Source of the DNA: Polyangiaceae bacterium
GTDB taxonomy: Bacteria; Myxococcota_A; Polyangia; Polyangiales; Polyangiaceae
Assembly: GCA_050287085.1 (NCBI GenBank)
Contig: JBNKBE010000027.1
Span: 1-64,000 of the forward strand
Direction of reading: 5' to 3'
Length of the DNA stretch: 64,000 nt
Shown here: positions 48,212-58,433 of the stretch, in pieces
Layout: every line of letters starts with the position of its first letter
Numbering within the stretch: position 1 is the stretch's first letter
Notes under the pieces: generated by a model
Database searches by the model: none
What the model saw: only the letters and a program-made list of their open reading frames with translations
Told to the model about the DNA's origin: nothing
Translations under genes and position numbers: made by a program

Positions 48212-49570
48212 GTGAGTAGACCAGTTCCCGAAGAGCTTCCCAAGAAGAAGGCACGCAAGAGCGGCCGTTCTAGGGGAAAAGCGCCCAAAGACCCGGTGGC
48301 GTATACCGTGTCCTCGCTGGAGGAGCACGAAGGGGAAATGGCATCTCGGGCCGGCAAGCATGCCAAGCACGCGGAAGCGCCGGCGAGACAGCCTAGGCGC
48401 TTCGACGTTGATCTCGATGAGAGTCGAATCGATTCGGACGCTGCGAAGGTAGTGCAGCGCTTGGTGCGACACGGATACGAGGCTTATCTGGTGGGCGGGT
48501 GTGTTCGCGACTTGTTGCTTGGGCATCAGCCTAAGGACTTCGACGTTGCAACCAGCGCCAAACCGGAAACCGTACGGGGGCTGTTCCGCAATTCCCGGGT
48601 GATCGGTCGGCGCTTTCGCTTGGTCCACGTCTTGTTTTCCGGACGCAAGGTGATCGAAACCGCCACCTTCCGACGGAGTCCACCTCCGGGCGGTGATGGG
48701 GACGATCTGCTTATTCGCGACGACAACGCGTTTGGGCGGGCTGACGAGGACGCTGAGCGTCGCGACTTCACCATCAACGCCCTGTTCTTCGACATCGAAG
48801 GGGGACAGGTCTTGGATTGGTGCGACGGCATGGCCGACGTGCGGGCGCGTGCCGTCCGAACGATTGGTGATCCGGTCGTGCGTTTTCGAGAAGACCCCGT
48901 CCGTATGCTGCGCGCCATCAAGTTCTGTGCTCGGCTCGACTTGGGGATAGAGCCTGAGACCTATCGGGCGCTGGTGCAGTGTCGGGGTTCCCTAGCCATG
49001 GCGGCGCGCCCGCGCTTATTCGAGGAAGTGTTGCGCCTTCTGCGCGGGGGCAAGGCGCATCGGAGCTATTGGCTTACCTGGGAGACGGGCGTGTTGGACG
49101 TACTGATCCCGGAACTCAGCGCCTACCTCTACGATGCGGTGGAGGGCGAAGATCGCGTGTGGGCTTTGCTCGATCAGTTGGATGCGTATCGCAGCGAGCG
49201 AGGCGAGTCCCCTGACGATATCGTGTTGTTGGCGACCCTCCTCCTCGAGCCTCTGCGCGAGGTTTGTGCGGGCGAGAAGGATCGCTTGACCGCGGCTCGA
49301 GACTTCTTGGAGCCGCTGGTGCAGCGACTGGCCATGCCGCGCCGCATCGCCGATGCCATCGCGCGGATTATGTCGTTGCTGCCTCGGCTGGAGGCGGGCA
49401 GCGCCGGCAAGTTGCCGAAAACGCCGCTGTATCCCTTTGCGATGGACGTCCTGCGCTTCAGTGAGGCGGCTTCTCCAGGCGCGGAGCTATTCGCCTGCGA
49501 ATACGTCAGGCCTGCGCGGCGACGTCGGTCGAAATCGCGCGGTTCAGCATCGACCAGCTCGGGCGAATGA
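48212..49570 (+). CDS. pcnB: Poly(A) polymerase
   Basis: VGGCVRD...KDFD, the PAP signature VIGRRFRLVHV, RRDFTIN and EDPVRMLRA. Confidence 0.9.
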   Translation: MSRPVPEELPKKKARKSGRSRGKAPKDPVAYTVSSLEEHEGEMASRAGKHAKHAEAPARQPRRFDVDLDESRIDSDAAKVVQRLVRHGYEAYLVGGCVRDLLLGHQPKDFDVATSAKPETVRGLFRNSRVIGRRFRLVHVLFSGRKVIETATFRRSPPPGGDGDDLLIRDDNAFGRADEDAERRDFTINALFFDIEGGQVLDWCDGMADVRARAVRTIGDPVVRFREDPVRMLRAIKFCARLDLGIEPETYRALVQCRGSLAMAARPRLFEEVLRLLRGGKAHRSYWLTWETGVLDVLIPELSAYLYDAVEGEDRVWALLDQLDAYRSERGESPDDIVLLATLLLEPLREVCAGEKDRLTAARDFLEPLVQRLAMPRRIADAIARIMSLLPRLEAGSAGKLPKTPLYPFAMDVLRFSEAASPGAELFACEYVRPARRRRSKSRGSASTSSGE

Positions 49571-49734
49571 GTCTTGCTGCGCTCGCACCCTCGGGGCGCG
49601 TTCGGTCCAGGACCGGCCGCACCCGTGGGCGCGTTGCTTCAGCCAGCATGTTTTGCTCAGCCAGCGCGTTGCTCAGCCAGCATCGTGCCACCCCGAGGAC
49701 TGGCACGATGCTGCGGCGTTCTTGGGATCGCTGC

Positions 49735-50514
49735 TTAGGCGTTGAGCTCGACGCGCAGCAGCTTGCGTCCAAGAAACACGTAGTCACCGTGGGTGAGGTC
49801 GACTTCAGACTTGATGCGCAAGTAGGTGCCGTTGCGCGTGTTGTGGTCGGTCAACTGAATCCCGCTTTCGTTCTGGGTTGCCGTTAGGTGAACGAGATCC
49901 AGCTGCGGGTCGTCGGCAAAGTTGAGGTCACAGCCTTCCCGCCCGATGGTGAGGGTGCCCGTTGGACTGCCGACCGTGACCCCCAGAGCGCCGCCGGATA
50001 ACACCTGGGAAATGCGAAACATGTTGGGGTGCTTGGGGGACGAGTAGAAGTAGGTCCCGTCTGGATCGGGCGCGTCCGCCGCGCGCGGAGCGGGGTCCAG
50101 GCGAAAGACGTGATTGCCGGCCATGAACGTATCCCCCGGCGAGATCGTGGTTGTTCCACGAAAACGAACATAGACCCCGTTGAGGGAGCCCTCGTCGCGC
50201 ACCACCAAGTGGTTGTTGCGATAGAAGAAGTTGGCGTGGGTCGGCGATACGTAGGGATCGTCCGGGAACTCGACCTGCCCATTGCGTCCCACCACGTGCT
50301 GATCGGCCTTCAGATGATAGCTGAGGCCGTCGAGACCCTGGCCGTGGATCAGGATCAACCGCGCCTTGTCGGGATCCTGCATGTCGCTGAAGTACTCCGT
50401 ACTGAAAGCCGCGACAGCCTCGGGCATGGGCTCTCCGCAGCGTCCACAGAACTTGTGGCCCCTGGGCACCGACGTTTTGCACGAGTTACAGATGTAGTGC
50501 TTTGCTTGGTCCAT
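49735..50514 (-). CDS. Zinc ribbon plus double FHA domain protein
   Basis: CNSC..FCGRCG, GR..S..H..SLNG, and a second GR..TRNGT. Confidence 0.85.
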   Translation of the reverse strand: MDQAKHYICNSCKTSVPRGHKFCGRCGEPMPEAVAAFSTEYFSDMQDPDKARLILIHGQGLDGLSYHLKADQHVVGRNGQVEFPDDPYVSPTHANFFYRNNHLVVRDEGSLNGVYVRFRGTTTISPGDTFMAGNHVFRLDPAPRAADAPDPDGTYFYSSPKHPNMFRISQVLSGGALGVTVGSPTGTLTIGREGCDLNFADDPQLDLVHLTATQNESGIQLTDHNTRNGTYLRIKSEVDLTHGDYVFLGRKLLRVELNA

Positions 50515-50699
50515 CGAGTCTCCTGCTGGCCAGCTTCGATCAGATCGCGCTGTTTGCAAACAAAAACACGGCGCCGGGTCGAATCAAGGCGCGGGTGCAG
50601 AGAGACGGCGCCTCGCTTGACGGGCGCTGTGCGACGGAGGCCTACAACCGAAACAATCACCCCTGAGGGACGGCTAGCGCCCCGCCGCGTGGCGTTGCG

Positions 50700-51341
50700 C
50701 TAGCGAATGTAGCTCAGACGGCTCTCAGCGTCGCTGTATCCGCGGGGCCCGACCAGTCGGAAGAAGATCGTCTCTTTGCAGCGGCTGCGCTCGAGCGTTC
50801 CAAAGTGCCGGGAGTCGAAGGGCGCCGCGCGATTGTCGCTGAGCAAGAAGATGTGTCCTTCCGGGATACGGTTCTTATAGGAGCGTGGCTCGCGGCGGAC
50901 GTCGAGACTGACCCCTCGCATATGCAGCTTGCCCCCGAGCTCCTCCATGTTGCAGCTGCCGTTTCGGCTCTGACGGGTATCTGGGTCGGAGAAGGAATAC
51001 CTACGTTCGGTACAGTTGTATTCCAGCGTTGGTGCCTTGTCGTTGAGCACAACGCCTTGTCCTCTTAGCTCGACGAAGTCCCCTTCGAGCGCCGCAATGC
51101 GGCCGATGACGACATTGCTTGGGTCGTCCGGATCGGGGCAAACGACCAAGTCCCCGCGGCCGGGGCGCGTGACGCGCCAGAGCAAGAGCCAGTCTCCGCC
51201 ATCTAGCGTTGGGCGCACCGACGCGGCGAGTTCGGCGTCGTCTTGCGGCAATTGCCACCAGCGGATAGCGGTCGTACGGAGCCCAGCGATCAGCAGCCCC
51301 ACAAGCACCACCGACCAGGCTAGGAAACGAAAGAAGCCCAC
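50700..51341 (-). CDS. Signal peptidase I (S26) homolog with non-canonical box D
   Basis: SVRPTL, RGDLVV, IGRI (instead of IKR), FLLSDNR and DSRHFG. Confidence 0.8.
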   Translation of the reverse strand: MGFFRFLAWSVVLVGLLIAGLRTTAIRWWQLPQDDAELAASVRPTLDGGDWLLLWRVTRPGRGDLVVCPDPDDPSNVVIGRIAALEGDFVELRGQGVVLNDKAPTLEYNCTERRYSFSDPDTRQSRNGSCNMEELGGKLHMRGVSLDVRREPRSYKNRIPEGHIFLLSDNRAAPFDSRHFGTLERSRCKETIFFRLVGPRGYSDAESRLSYIR

Positions 51342-51381
51342 GCGCAGACCCTATCCGACTCCCGCGTGTTGATGCGAGTTT

Positions 51382-52287
51382 CTAATCGCGCGCCTCGTCA
51401 CAGCCTGAGATCGGAGGTAGTTCCGCCGGGTTCGCGCCTGCGGCCAGCCGCTCCGCGTTGGCAAAGAGCTCTTGCCAGTAGTCGAGGCGGACAAACTCCG
51501 TCAGGTTCTTGGTCTGCTCTTGGCCGTCCAGGGCGCTGGCAGACAAGACTCCGACGACGATCCCAGCGCGGTTCAGCGCGGGGCCCCCGGAGTCTCCGGC
51601 GCAGGTCGCCACCTGTGCCCGAAAGCTGCTTTCAGTCACGGACTCGACTCGCCCTTCGAGGCGATCTCGCAGGCGGAGGCCTTCGGCCGAATCGGCGCAG
51701 CGTCCGAACCCCACGGCGTCGAAGCGGAGCCCGGGCCGCGGCCGTTGCCCGAGGGCCACCGACTTGGGGTGTATGCCCGCAACGGGTTGGCTCAGCACGA
51801 CCAAAGCGATGTCGCCGTGCCCTCCTCCGTGCCCACAGGGGGGCGTAACCAGCTGAGCGGCTTGCACTTCTCCCCAGGGTAGGTAGTCGCTTCCGAGCTG
51901 CACCGTCAGCTCGGAAGCTTCGACGTCTCGCGCCCGGTAGCGACCCTCCGCACTCCGCTCCGCCACGCAATGGTGGGCGGTCAGTACCAGCGCAGGCCCG
52001 ATCAGGGTGCCGCTACACTCCGTATCGCTGCCGAGCAGCCGCACGACCGCTTCGTCGCCAAGTCGGTCCCGGGGGGGCGCCACGGGCACCAATGCCCGAA
52101 CCGCGCCTCGCGCGGGGATCGGTTGGGCGCTGGGCGTCGGGGTGAAGAGTGCGACCGGCCCTGCGCAGCCAAGAGGCAGCCAGAACAACACCCAAATGCA
52201 GAAACAGAGCCAAGGACTGGCCGCTTCTGGGGTCGAAGCACGGGAGCGTTTGGGGTTGCGCACGGGAGGTCGACACCAACCACGCAC
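51382..52287 (-). CDS. Trypsin-like S1 serine protease (probable lipoprotein)
   Basis: CSGTLI, TAHHC, GDIAL, GDSGGP. Start is uncertain. Confidence 0.88.
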   Translation of the reverse strand: MRGWCRPPVRNPKRSRASTPEAASPWLCFCIWVLFWLPLGCAGPVALFTPTPSAQPIPARGAVRALVPVAPPRDRLGDEAVVRLLGSDTECSGTLIGPALVLTAHHCVAERSAEGRYRARDVEASELTVQLGSDYLPWGEVQAAQLVTPPCGHGGGHGDIALVVLSQPVAGIHPKSVALGQRPRPGLRFDAVGFGRCADSAEGLRLRDRLEGRVESVTESSFRAQVATCAGDSGGPALNRAGIVVGVLSASALDGQEQTKNLTEFVRLDYWQELFANAERLAAGANPAELPPISGCDEARD

Positions 52288-52337
52288 CGAATGTTCCCCG
52301 GCGCCTTCTGTTGCGATGGGGGGCCCGTCCGCGCCCC

Positions 52338-53465
52338 CTAGTCCTTGCTCAGGTGCCGCGCGAGCACCAGATCGCTGCGATGCACCACAACGGCATCGAG
52401 CTCACCGTAGAGCGTCCGCAGCTCGTCGGAGCTGCGCCCGGCCGAGCGCGCGACTTCCAGCGTTCCTAGCCGAGCAAGACCTCGCCCAACTTCGTGACCC
52501 GAGGGCAGCTGGAGCTTGACGGCGTCACCGCGACTGAACGTTCCACGCGTTCCAAGGACACCCACCGGCAATAAGCTGGCGCCCTCGTGGAGCAACGCGT
52601 TGGCGGCCCCCTCGTTGATCAAAATGACGCCGCGAGGCCGCAGCGTATAAGCGATCCAGTGGGCGCGGGCGCGGAGCGTGTTGGGATGGGGGGGAAACCA
52701 GGTGCCCAGATCTTCACCCTCGTCCAGCACGCGCTGCAGCAACCTGGGCTCCCGTGCGGGCCCGATGATGACGTGAGCGCCGGCGTGGGCGGCCTTGCGG
52801 GCCGAGCGAATCTTGCTGTGAATACCCCCGCGGCCAAGACCAGCTGGTTTGGTCGCGTCGTGTTGGCCCACAACGCTGTCTTCACGCATGACGGAAATGC
52901 GCTTGCCAGCCCCATCGAGCACGCCCGGAATGTCGCTGAGCAGGAACAATACGTCCGCCCGGATCAGAGGTACGACCATCGATGCAAGTTGGTCATTGTC
53001 GCTGAAAGCGATCTCGTCTGTGGACACCGTGTCGTTCTCGTTGACGATTGGGATGGCCCCCGCGTCGAAAAGCGCGCCTAGCGCTTGCCCCGCGTTGGTC
53101 AGGCGGCGGCGGCTCGCTAGATCGGAGTGGGTGAGGAGAATTTGTGCTGCCGTCTTGCCGTAGGGTGCGAGCGCATCCGCATATCGCTTCATGAGCTCGC
53201 TCTGGCCGGCAGCGGCGGCAGCTTGGAGCTGTGGGATTTGGGTGGGACGCGCTGCGTAACCCAGGCGTGGCCACCCCAGGGCGACCGCCCCGCTGGATAC
53301 GATCAAGACGTCGCGCTTGGTTTGGGCGAAGACGGCGATTTGTGCCGCGAGGTCGTCGATCAGACCGGTGCCTTGGCTCAGCACGGACGAGCCCAGTTTG
53401 ACGATGATGCGTCGCGCAGAGTGGAGGGACTCGCGCGCTGTGGCTTGGAGTTCGGTATCGGTCAC
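52338..53465 (-). CDS. proB: Glutamate 5-kinase with PUA domain
   Basis: VKLGSS, VSSGA, AAAGQ, PIVNEND, DND, SLLPVG. Start set at GTG 53465. Confidence 0.93.
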   Translation of the reverse strand: MTDTELQATARESLHSARRIIVKLGSSVLSQGTGLIDDLAAQIAVFAQTKRDVLIVSSGAVALGWPRLGYAARPTQIPQLQAAAAAGQSELMKRYADALAPYGKTAAQILLTHSDLASRRRLTNAGQALGALFDAGAIPIVNENDTVSTDEIAFSDNDQLASMVVPLIRADVLFLLSDIPGVLDGAGKRISVMREDSVVGQHDATKPAGLGRGGIHSKIRSARKAAHAGAHVIIGPAREPRLLQRVLDEGEDLGTWFPPHPNTLRARAHWIAYTLRPRGVILINEGAANALLHEGASLLPVGVLGTRGTFSRGDAVKLQLPSGHEVGRGLARLGTLEVARSAGRSSDELRTLYGELDAVVVHRSDLVLARHLSKD

Positions 53466-53580
53466 GGGAGACTTGTCGTCTACACCGGGTCGCGCGCCAC
53501 TGGCCAGAGGGAAGAAAACACCCCGACTCTCGATTCTAGCCCCCTGAAGGCCGTTGTCCGGACGTCCCGATTCCGCAGCG

Positions 53581-54462
53581 TTAGTGGTGTGCGGACGCTC
53601 CGATTTCGCGGAGTTGGAGCAACGTAACCGCCCCCTGGAGCGCGAGATCCACAACCTTCATGGCTACCTCGGGACCGGCGAGCAACAAGCCGACTTCCGA
53701 CCCCGGTGGACGGCTCGCTTCCAGTGGGGGGCCACCGACAAGCTGCACCTCCAGCCCGGCCCCGCGCGCCGCATTGGCAAAACGCTCGATGTCGCCGCTG
53801 ACAATCACCTGCACGCAGGGCGCGGTGAAGCGGCTTGGGTCTAGGAGTGTGCTCTCGCTCTGATAAAGGCATAAGGGAGCGAACGCGGGGATCGGTGCTC
53901 GCAAGTCTTCCTGGAGGGATAGTACCGCGCCGCGCTCGCACAGTGTTGAGTGCGCTTCGGTCGCTTCGACGCTTCCGCTCAGCGTGAGGGGCGGCGCTTC
54001 CACCACTCGCCACTCCGCGTCGCTCACCCAAGCTCCGGCGCAGCGAAAGCGATAGAATTCGCTTTCGCTGCAGTCCCGAAGGGGGATTTGAGCCAGGCGT
54101 TGCAAGGTGAAGCGGACGAGGGCCTGCTCGGTCTTCTGGGTTGCGGGTCTTGGCAAAACACCGAGCGCAAGCTGGGATAAGATGAGCGCGTCCCGTAGCG
54201 GGATGCGTTCGTGCCGAAGCCCGAGGGGGGGCATCAGTGCAAGCATCCCAAGACGCACGCAGCTTCGGGCGTCTTGCTCCCCCAACTTGACGTGGCCCGC
54301 CTCGAGCGTGCCATCTCCCGCCAGGTAGTCGAGTAGCGGAGCAAAGCGACCAAAGACGTGGGTCGTCTGAACCAGGTGTGCAGACGTCGGTGGCAGCACG
54401 CCTCGCGCGCTAGCCGTTGCCACCCGCTGCAGGGACAGCGGCGTCGGGATGGGCTGCGCCAT
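53581..54462 (-). CDS. Hypothetical protein resembling a degenerate ABC ATPase
   Basis: GDGTLEAGHVKLG..D, L.RFTL..LA...L.DCS.SE.YR...A.A...VEAP layout, without intact Walker motifs. Confidence 0.5.
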   Translation of the reverse strand: MAQPIPTPLSLQRVATASARGVLPPTSAHLVQTTHVFGRFAPLLDYLAGDGTLEAGHVKLGEQDARSCVRLGMLALMPPLGLRHERIPLRDALILSQLALGVLPRPATQKTEQALVRFTLQRLAQIPLRDCSESEFYRFRCAGAWVSDAEWRVVEAPPLTLSGSVEATEAHSTLCERGAVLSLQEDLRAPIPAFAPLCLYQSESTLLDPSRFTAPCVQVIVSGDIERFANAARGAGLEVQLVGGPPLEASRPPGSEVGLLLAGPEVAMKVVDLALQGAVTLLQLREIGASAHH

Positions 54463-54467
54463 GGAAC

Positions 54468-57056
54468 TCAACGCAGTTCTGGGGGCTGAAAGGGTAGGCG
54501 TGCCAGCGGGGTTTCCGGCGCGTAGAACATCAAGGGAGCGACGGCGCGCAGTGGCTCGGCCAGTCCGGGCGGGAGCCACGAGGCCGAGGAAGCGGCCTCC
54601 ACGGTGCGTTGACTCAATGATTCTACGGCGCTTGGATCTACGCTCGAGACGCGCAGGGACGTGTCGCTTTCTGACCCTGTCGCATTCAGGAAGGGCAGTC
54701 CGAGGAGCTTGCCAAGCAGGCTGCCGTCGGATTTGGGGAGCAAGACAACGGGACAATCGGCGTCTAGGTGAGCTTGGCTGCGCACGTAGGCCAGTGCCTG
54801 ACGCAATCCACCGAGTTCGTCGACCAGCCCTCGTTCTTTGGCTTGCTCGCCGGTCCAGATCCGGCCTTGTCCGACCGCATCCACTGCGTCGCGCTTCATG
54901 TTGCGTCCCTCGGCTACGCGGCGCAGGAAGAGCTCATAGAAGGTGTTGATGCGGGCCTGTTGAGATGCGCGCTCGGCGGCTGACATGGCGCGGAACAACG
55001 AGTCAGCGTCGGCGGATGGTTGGCTGACGTAGGTTTCATGATCGACGCCGAGCATGCGCAGCAAGCCTGATAGATCGGCGTTCAGCGAATAGATGCCGAT
55101 GCTGCCGGTAATGGTTTGCGGGTTGGCAAAGATGCGATCTGCCGCGACCGAAAGATAATAGCCGCCGCTGGCTGCCGTCGAGCCCATGCTCACGACAGTG
55201 GGTTTGCGTTCCGCGGTGAGTTTGACCTGTCGCCACAGGACGTCGGCCGCCGTCGATGAGCCTCCAGGACTGTCCACGCGAACGATGACGCCCCGCACTT
55301 GGTCGTTGTCGCGCACCGCCTTGAGGGTGTCGAGCAGGGTATAGCTCCCGGCCGAGCGCGAACCGATGAACGGGAGGCTTCGGTTACGGCCGTCGGTGAT
55401 TTCTCCGTCCACGTGAACCACCGCGATCACGCCGCTTTGCCCAAAGCGTTTTGGTGCAATGCGCGCACGCCCCTGACCGAGGAGCTGGGTGTCGCGTCCC
55501 GTCGCTTTCTTAACGGACTTGGCGATCTGATCGTCAAATACCAGTTCATCGACAAGGCCATGGGCTTGTGCCCTAGGAGCGTCGAAGGGCCCTTCCTTGA
55601 GCGCCTGTCGCAGCGTTGCCACGGAAAGCCCGCGTCCGAGGGACACTCCCTCGACGAAGGCTCGCTCGGACTGTTGCAAGAGGTCGATGCGATCGGCGCG
55701 GGCCACCTCTCCCGGCTCGCTTTGGGTGAATTGCTCCGGCGCGCTCTTATGAGCTCCGACCCTCACGAACTCCGCCCGAATCCCGAGTTTTCGGAGTCCT
55801 TCAGCAAAGTAAAGAGACTGCGTTTTCACCCCCGAGAAGCGGACGCTTCCTGCCGGATTGATCAAGACGCGCGAGGCCGCGGCACATAGGAAGAGCGCCG
55901 CGCCGCTCGCGTCTTCGAGGTGGCATAACGTGCGCTTGCCCGCGCGTCGCAGCTCGAAGACGGCGTCGCGCAGCTCTTCGAGGTGCGCGAGGCTACTGGC
56001 TGGACTCGCCCTGAGCCTGAGGACGACCGCGTCCAGTTCGGGTTCGTCGGCGAGCGCCCAGAGGTGCGCGAGGAGCGCGATGTGATCGCGGGCAGAAGGC
56101 GTTTCTTCGACGCCGACCGTTACGGCGTAGCGCCCGGCGCTCAGCGCGGCGGGTTCGCGAAAGCCGCGCGTGGCCAGCGACGCGTAGCCGGCCCAAGCGC
56201 TGCTGCCTTGGTTGCGGTACAAGGAGCCGGCAGTGGCCTCCAGAGAGCCTCGTTCCGTGTTCAGGTCCACCGAAAACGCAGCCGAGGCGAACCAAGTGGT
56301 GCGAGCGTGTTCTCGCTGGCGGGATACGTCCGCTCGCACACGTCCGACGCCATCGATGTCGAGACCCACCGTGGCGCGAGGCCATGCCCGCTTCGCAGCG
56401 GGTTGGTAGCTGCCTTCAACACCCACTTCCAACGCCCTTTCTCCCAGAGGTCGAACGACCAGGCCACCGGTGAAGGTGGTTGGGAGCGATGTTAGGCCGT
56501 TGCTTGCACTGCCCAGGTTGTCGGCCGTGACGCCCAGGGCTAAGGCGTCCAGCGGGCGCGCGATGTAACCCAGTGAGATAGCGGTCAGCGCGTCGGAGAC
56601 AGGATCCGCACTGAAGCTCCGATGGAGCCCAAGGCCGAAAGCGCTGGTGTGGCCGGCGGGCATCGACAAGCCAGCTGTGAGCCAATCTTGCCTGCGCCGG
56701 CGTTCGTCGCCATTTTCATCGAGCGGATGTGCCACGGTTTCGTAGCGAACGCCCACCCCCCAGCCGAGCAGCGGGACCTTGCCGGAAAGGCCTGCCGCAA
56801 ACCCGGCATAGCGGACCGTCTCGTTCAGGCGATCCGCAAAGCTCTCCAGTCGTAGCTCTCCGCCCGGGGCAGCTTGCAATAGCGCCGGATTGAGACGCAA
56901 GGCGGTAGCGTCGTCGCTGACGGCTACGTTCCGTCCTGGGACGGGCAGTAGAGGGGAGGCAGGGCGTCCCGCTTCTAGCTGCGCCGGACTGCTCTCGGAC
57001 CATAAAGCGGTCACGAAGACCGCGGCGAACCCGAGCGACAGCCAGCGGAGTTTCAT
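54468..57056 (-). CDS. sppA: Signal peptide peptidase SppA (two S49 domains) with N-terminal extension
   Basis: GAHKSAPE, RVDSPGGS, AASGGY, ITGSIG, QGRIWTG, GLVDELGG. Confidence 0.9.
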   Translation of the reverse strand: MKLRWLSLGFAAVFVTALWSESSPAQLEAGRPASPLLPVPGRNVAVSDDATALRLNPALLQAAPGGELRLESFADRLNETVRYAGFAAGLSGKVPLLGWGVGVRYETVAHPLDENGDERRRRQDWLTAGLSMPAGHTSAFGLGLHRSFSADPVSDALTAISLGYIARPLDALALGVTADNLGSASNGLTSLPTTFTGGLVVRPLGERALEVGVEGSYQPAAKRAWPRATVGLDIDGVGRVRADVSRQREHARTTWFASAAFSVDLNTERGSLEATAGSLYRNQGSSAWAGYASLATRGFREPAALSAGRYAVTVGVEETPSARDHIALLAHLWALADEPELDAVVLRLRASPASSLAHLEELRDAVFELRRAGKRTLCHLEDASGAALFLCAAASRVLINPAGSVRFSGVKTQSLYFAEGLRKLGIRAEFVRVGAHKSAPEQFTQSEPGEVARADRIDLLQQSERAFVEGVSLGRGLSVATLRQALKEGPFDAPRAQAHGLVDELVFDDQIAKSVKKATGRDTQLLGQGRARIAPKRFGQSGVIAVVHVDGEITDGRNRSLPFIGSRSAGSYTLLDTLKAVRDNDQVRGVIVRVDSPGGSSTAADVLWRQVKLTAERKPTVVSMGSTAASGGYYLSVAADRIFANPQTITGSIGIYSLNADLSGLLRMLGVDHETYVSQPSADADSLFRAMSAAERASQQARINTFYELFLRRVAEGRNMKRDAVDAVGQGRIWTGEQAKERGLVDELGGLRQALAYVRSQAHLDADCPVVLLPKSDGSLLGKLLGLPFLNATGSESDTSLRVSSVDPSAVESLSQRTVEAASSASWLPPGLAEPLRAVAPLMFYAPETPLARLPFQPPELR

Positions 57057-58180
57057 TCGATCATGCCCCGGTCGCGGGCGACCTGGGTGATTTCGCCTTG
57101 GCGGGCTTCGAGTTCCTTGTAGTCCTTTACTGGCAAAAATCGGGAGGCAGCCCCTTCGCGCGGAAGCCGTAGATAGACCGTGTCGAGTGCGCTGGTGATC
57201 TCATTGAGCAAGCGCTCGAACTGAATGGCCTTCCGTTCTTCGACCTTTTTCTCCACCGTGAAGAAGGTCCAAGGCATTTTGAGTTCCAGCAGGGCTTGCG
57301 CGTTGAGCGTGAAAGTATTGGTGCTGAATACGCGAACTGAACTCGGATCGAAGGAATCGGGAATTCGGAACTCCTCGAGGACCACGGGGCGTCCGTCGAC
57401 GCGCACCGGCACTCCGCCCTTGTCGGTGCCGACCTTGTCCACTACCTCGCACGTGGCGGCGTGCCCGTGCTTGATGTGGAAGCCGATGATGCGCGGGTCC
57501 AGGCTAGCCCCTAGATTGTCAATGTTGGCGACCGTGACGTACTTGCCGCCCCGCTCGATGAACTTTTCGAGCAAACCGCTGTTGCGCAGCGCATCAACCA
57601 AGTCCCCATGGCCCGGAGCGTGTAGGCTGACTTCACCGTTTTGACGGGTGAATAGGTCTCCTTCTGGGGTCAAGCGCAAGCTGAGCTCTTGAACGAACGT
57701 GGTGACGAAGTAGTCGTCCCGATCTGCGCCGAGTGCTTCGTCAGTTGCCTGATCGGTTGCGTGGCTGGTCATCAACCAAAGCGGCACTCGTCGTTCGCTG
57801 AGCCGCTCGAGCGTGCGGGCTTCGGCCAGTCGCAGGTCGAGAAAACGTTGTCCCGGCAGCGCTTCAACCAAAGACTTCACGACGCCACCCATGCGCGTCG
57901 CCATACCGCCGGCCATGACGAGCAGGGCGCACTCGCCACCGCGCATCGCGGTCAGACCGATTTGTTCCAGCTCCTCATCTTCGGGGGTGCCCCGCTCCGG
58001 CAGAGTGCGAACGTCGTCTTCAATGGGGGGGGTCAGTGTGCCTCCGACACAATTGGAGTGCTGCACCTCTCCGGAGAGTCTCTTTGCCAGTTGCATGAAA
58101 CGCTCCCGGTCGAAGTGGTGCTTCGCCAGCAGGTCTTTGACGGAATCGGGAAGGGCGTCCAGCTGCGATTCGAGGCTCAT
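57053..58180 (-). CDS. UTP--hexose-1-phosphate uridylyltransferase (UDPGP/PF01704-type)
   Basis: AGGMATRMG, PGHGD, NIDNLG, DKGG, QFE, RFLPVK. Start set at ATG 58180. Confidence 0.85.
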   Translation of the reverse strand: MSLESQLDALPDSVKDLLAKHHFDRERFMQLAKRLSGEVQHSNCVGGTLTPPIEDDVRTLPERGTPEDEELEQIGLTAMRGGECALLVMAGGMATRMGGVVKSLVEALPGQRFLDLRLAEARTLERLSERRVPLWLMTSHATDQATDEALGADRDDYFVTTFVQELSLRLTPEGDLFTRQNGEVSLHAPGHGDLVDALRNSGLLEKFIERGGKYVTVANIDNLGASLDPRIIGFHIKHGHAATCEVVDKVGTDKGGVPVRVDGRPVVLEEFRIPDSFDPSSVRVFSTNTFTLNAQALLELKMPWTFFTVEKKVEERKAIQFERLLNEITSALDTVYLRLPREGAASRFLPVKDYKELEARQGEITQVARDRGMIE

Positions 58181-58433
58181 CGCGAGCAGCCTAGTCCTGA
58201 AATCGCTACCGGAGACACCGAAAAAACGACCCCCCAGGCTGGTCGATGTACTGAATCGCGACGCGGGCCCGGTCAACTGACTTGCCGGTGTGTGTGTTGG
58301 GCCAACATCCACCTAGAGCGGATCTGCCGCTGGAGGTTCTACCAGTCAGTCCGGTTGACTCTTTTTGACGGGCGGTGACCGTGCTGGCGCCAACGACTCG
58401 AACGGATCATCAAGGGTGTGATAGGAGACTACA

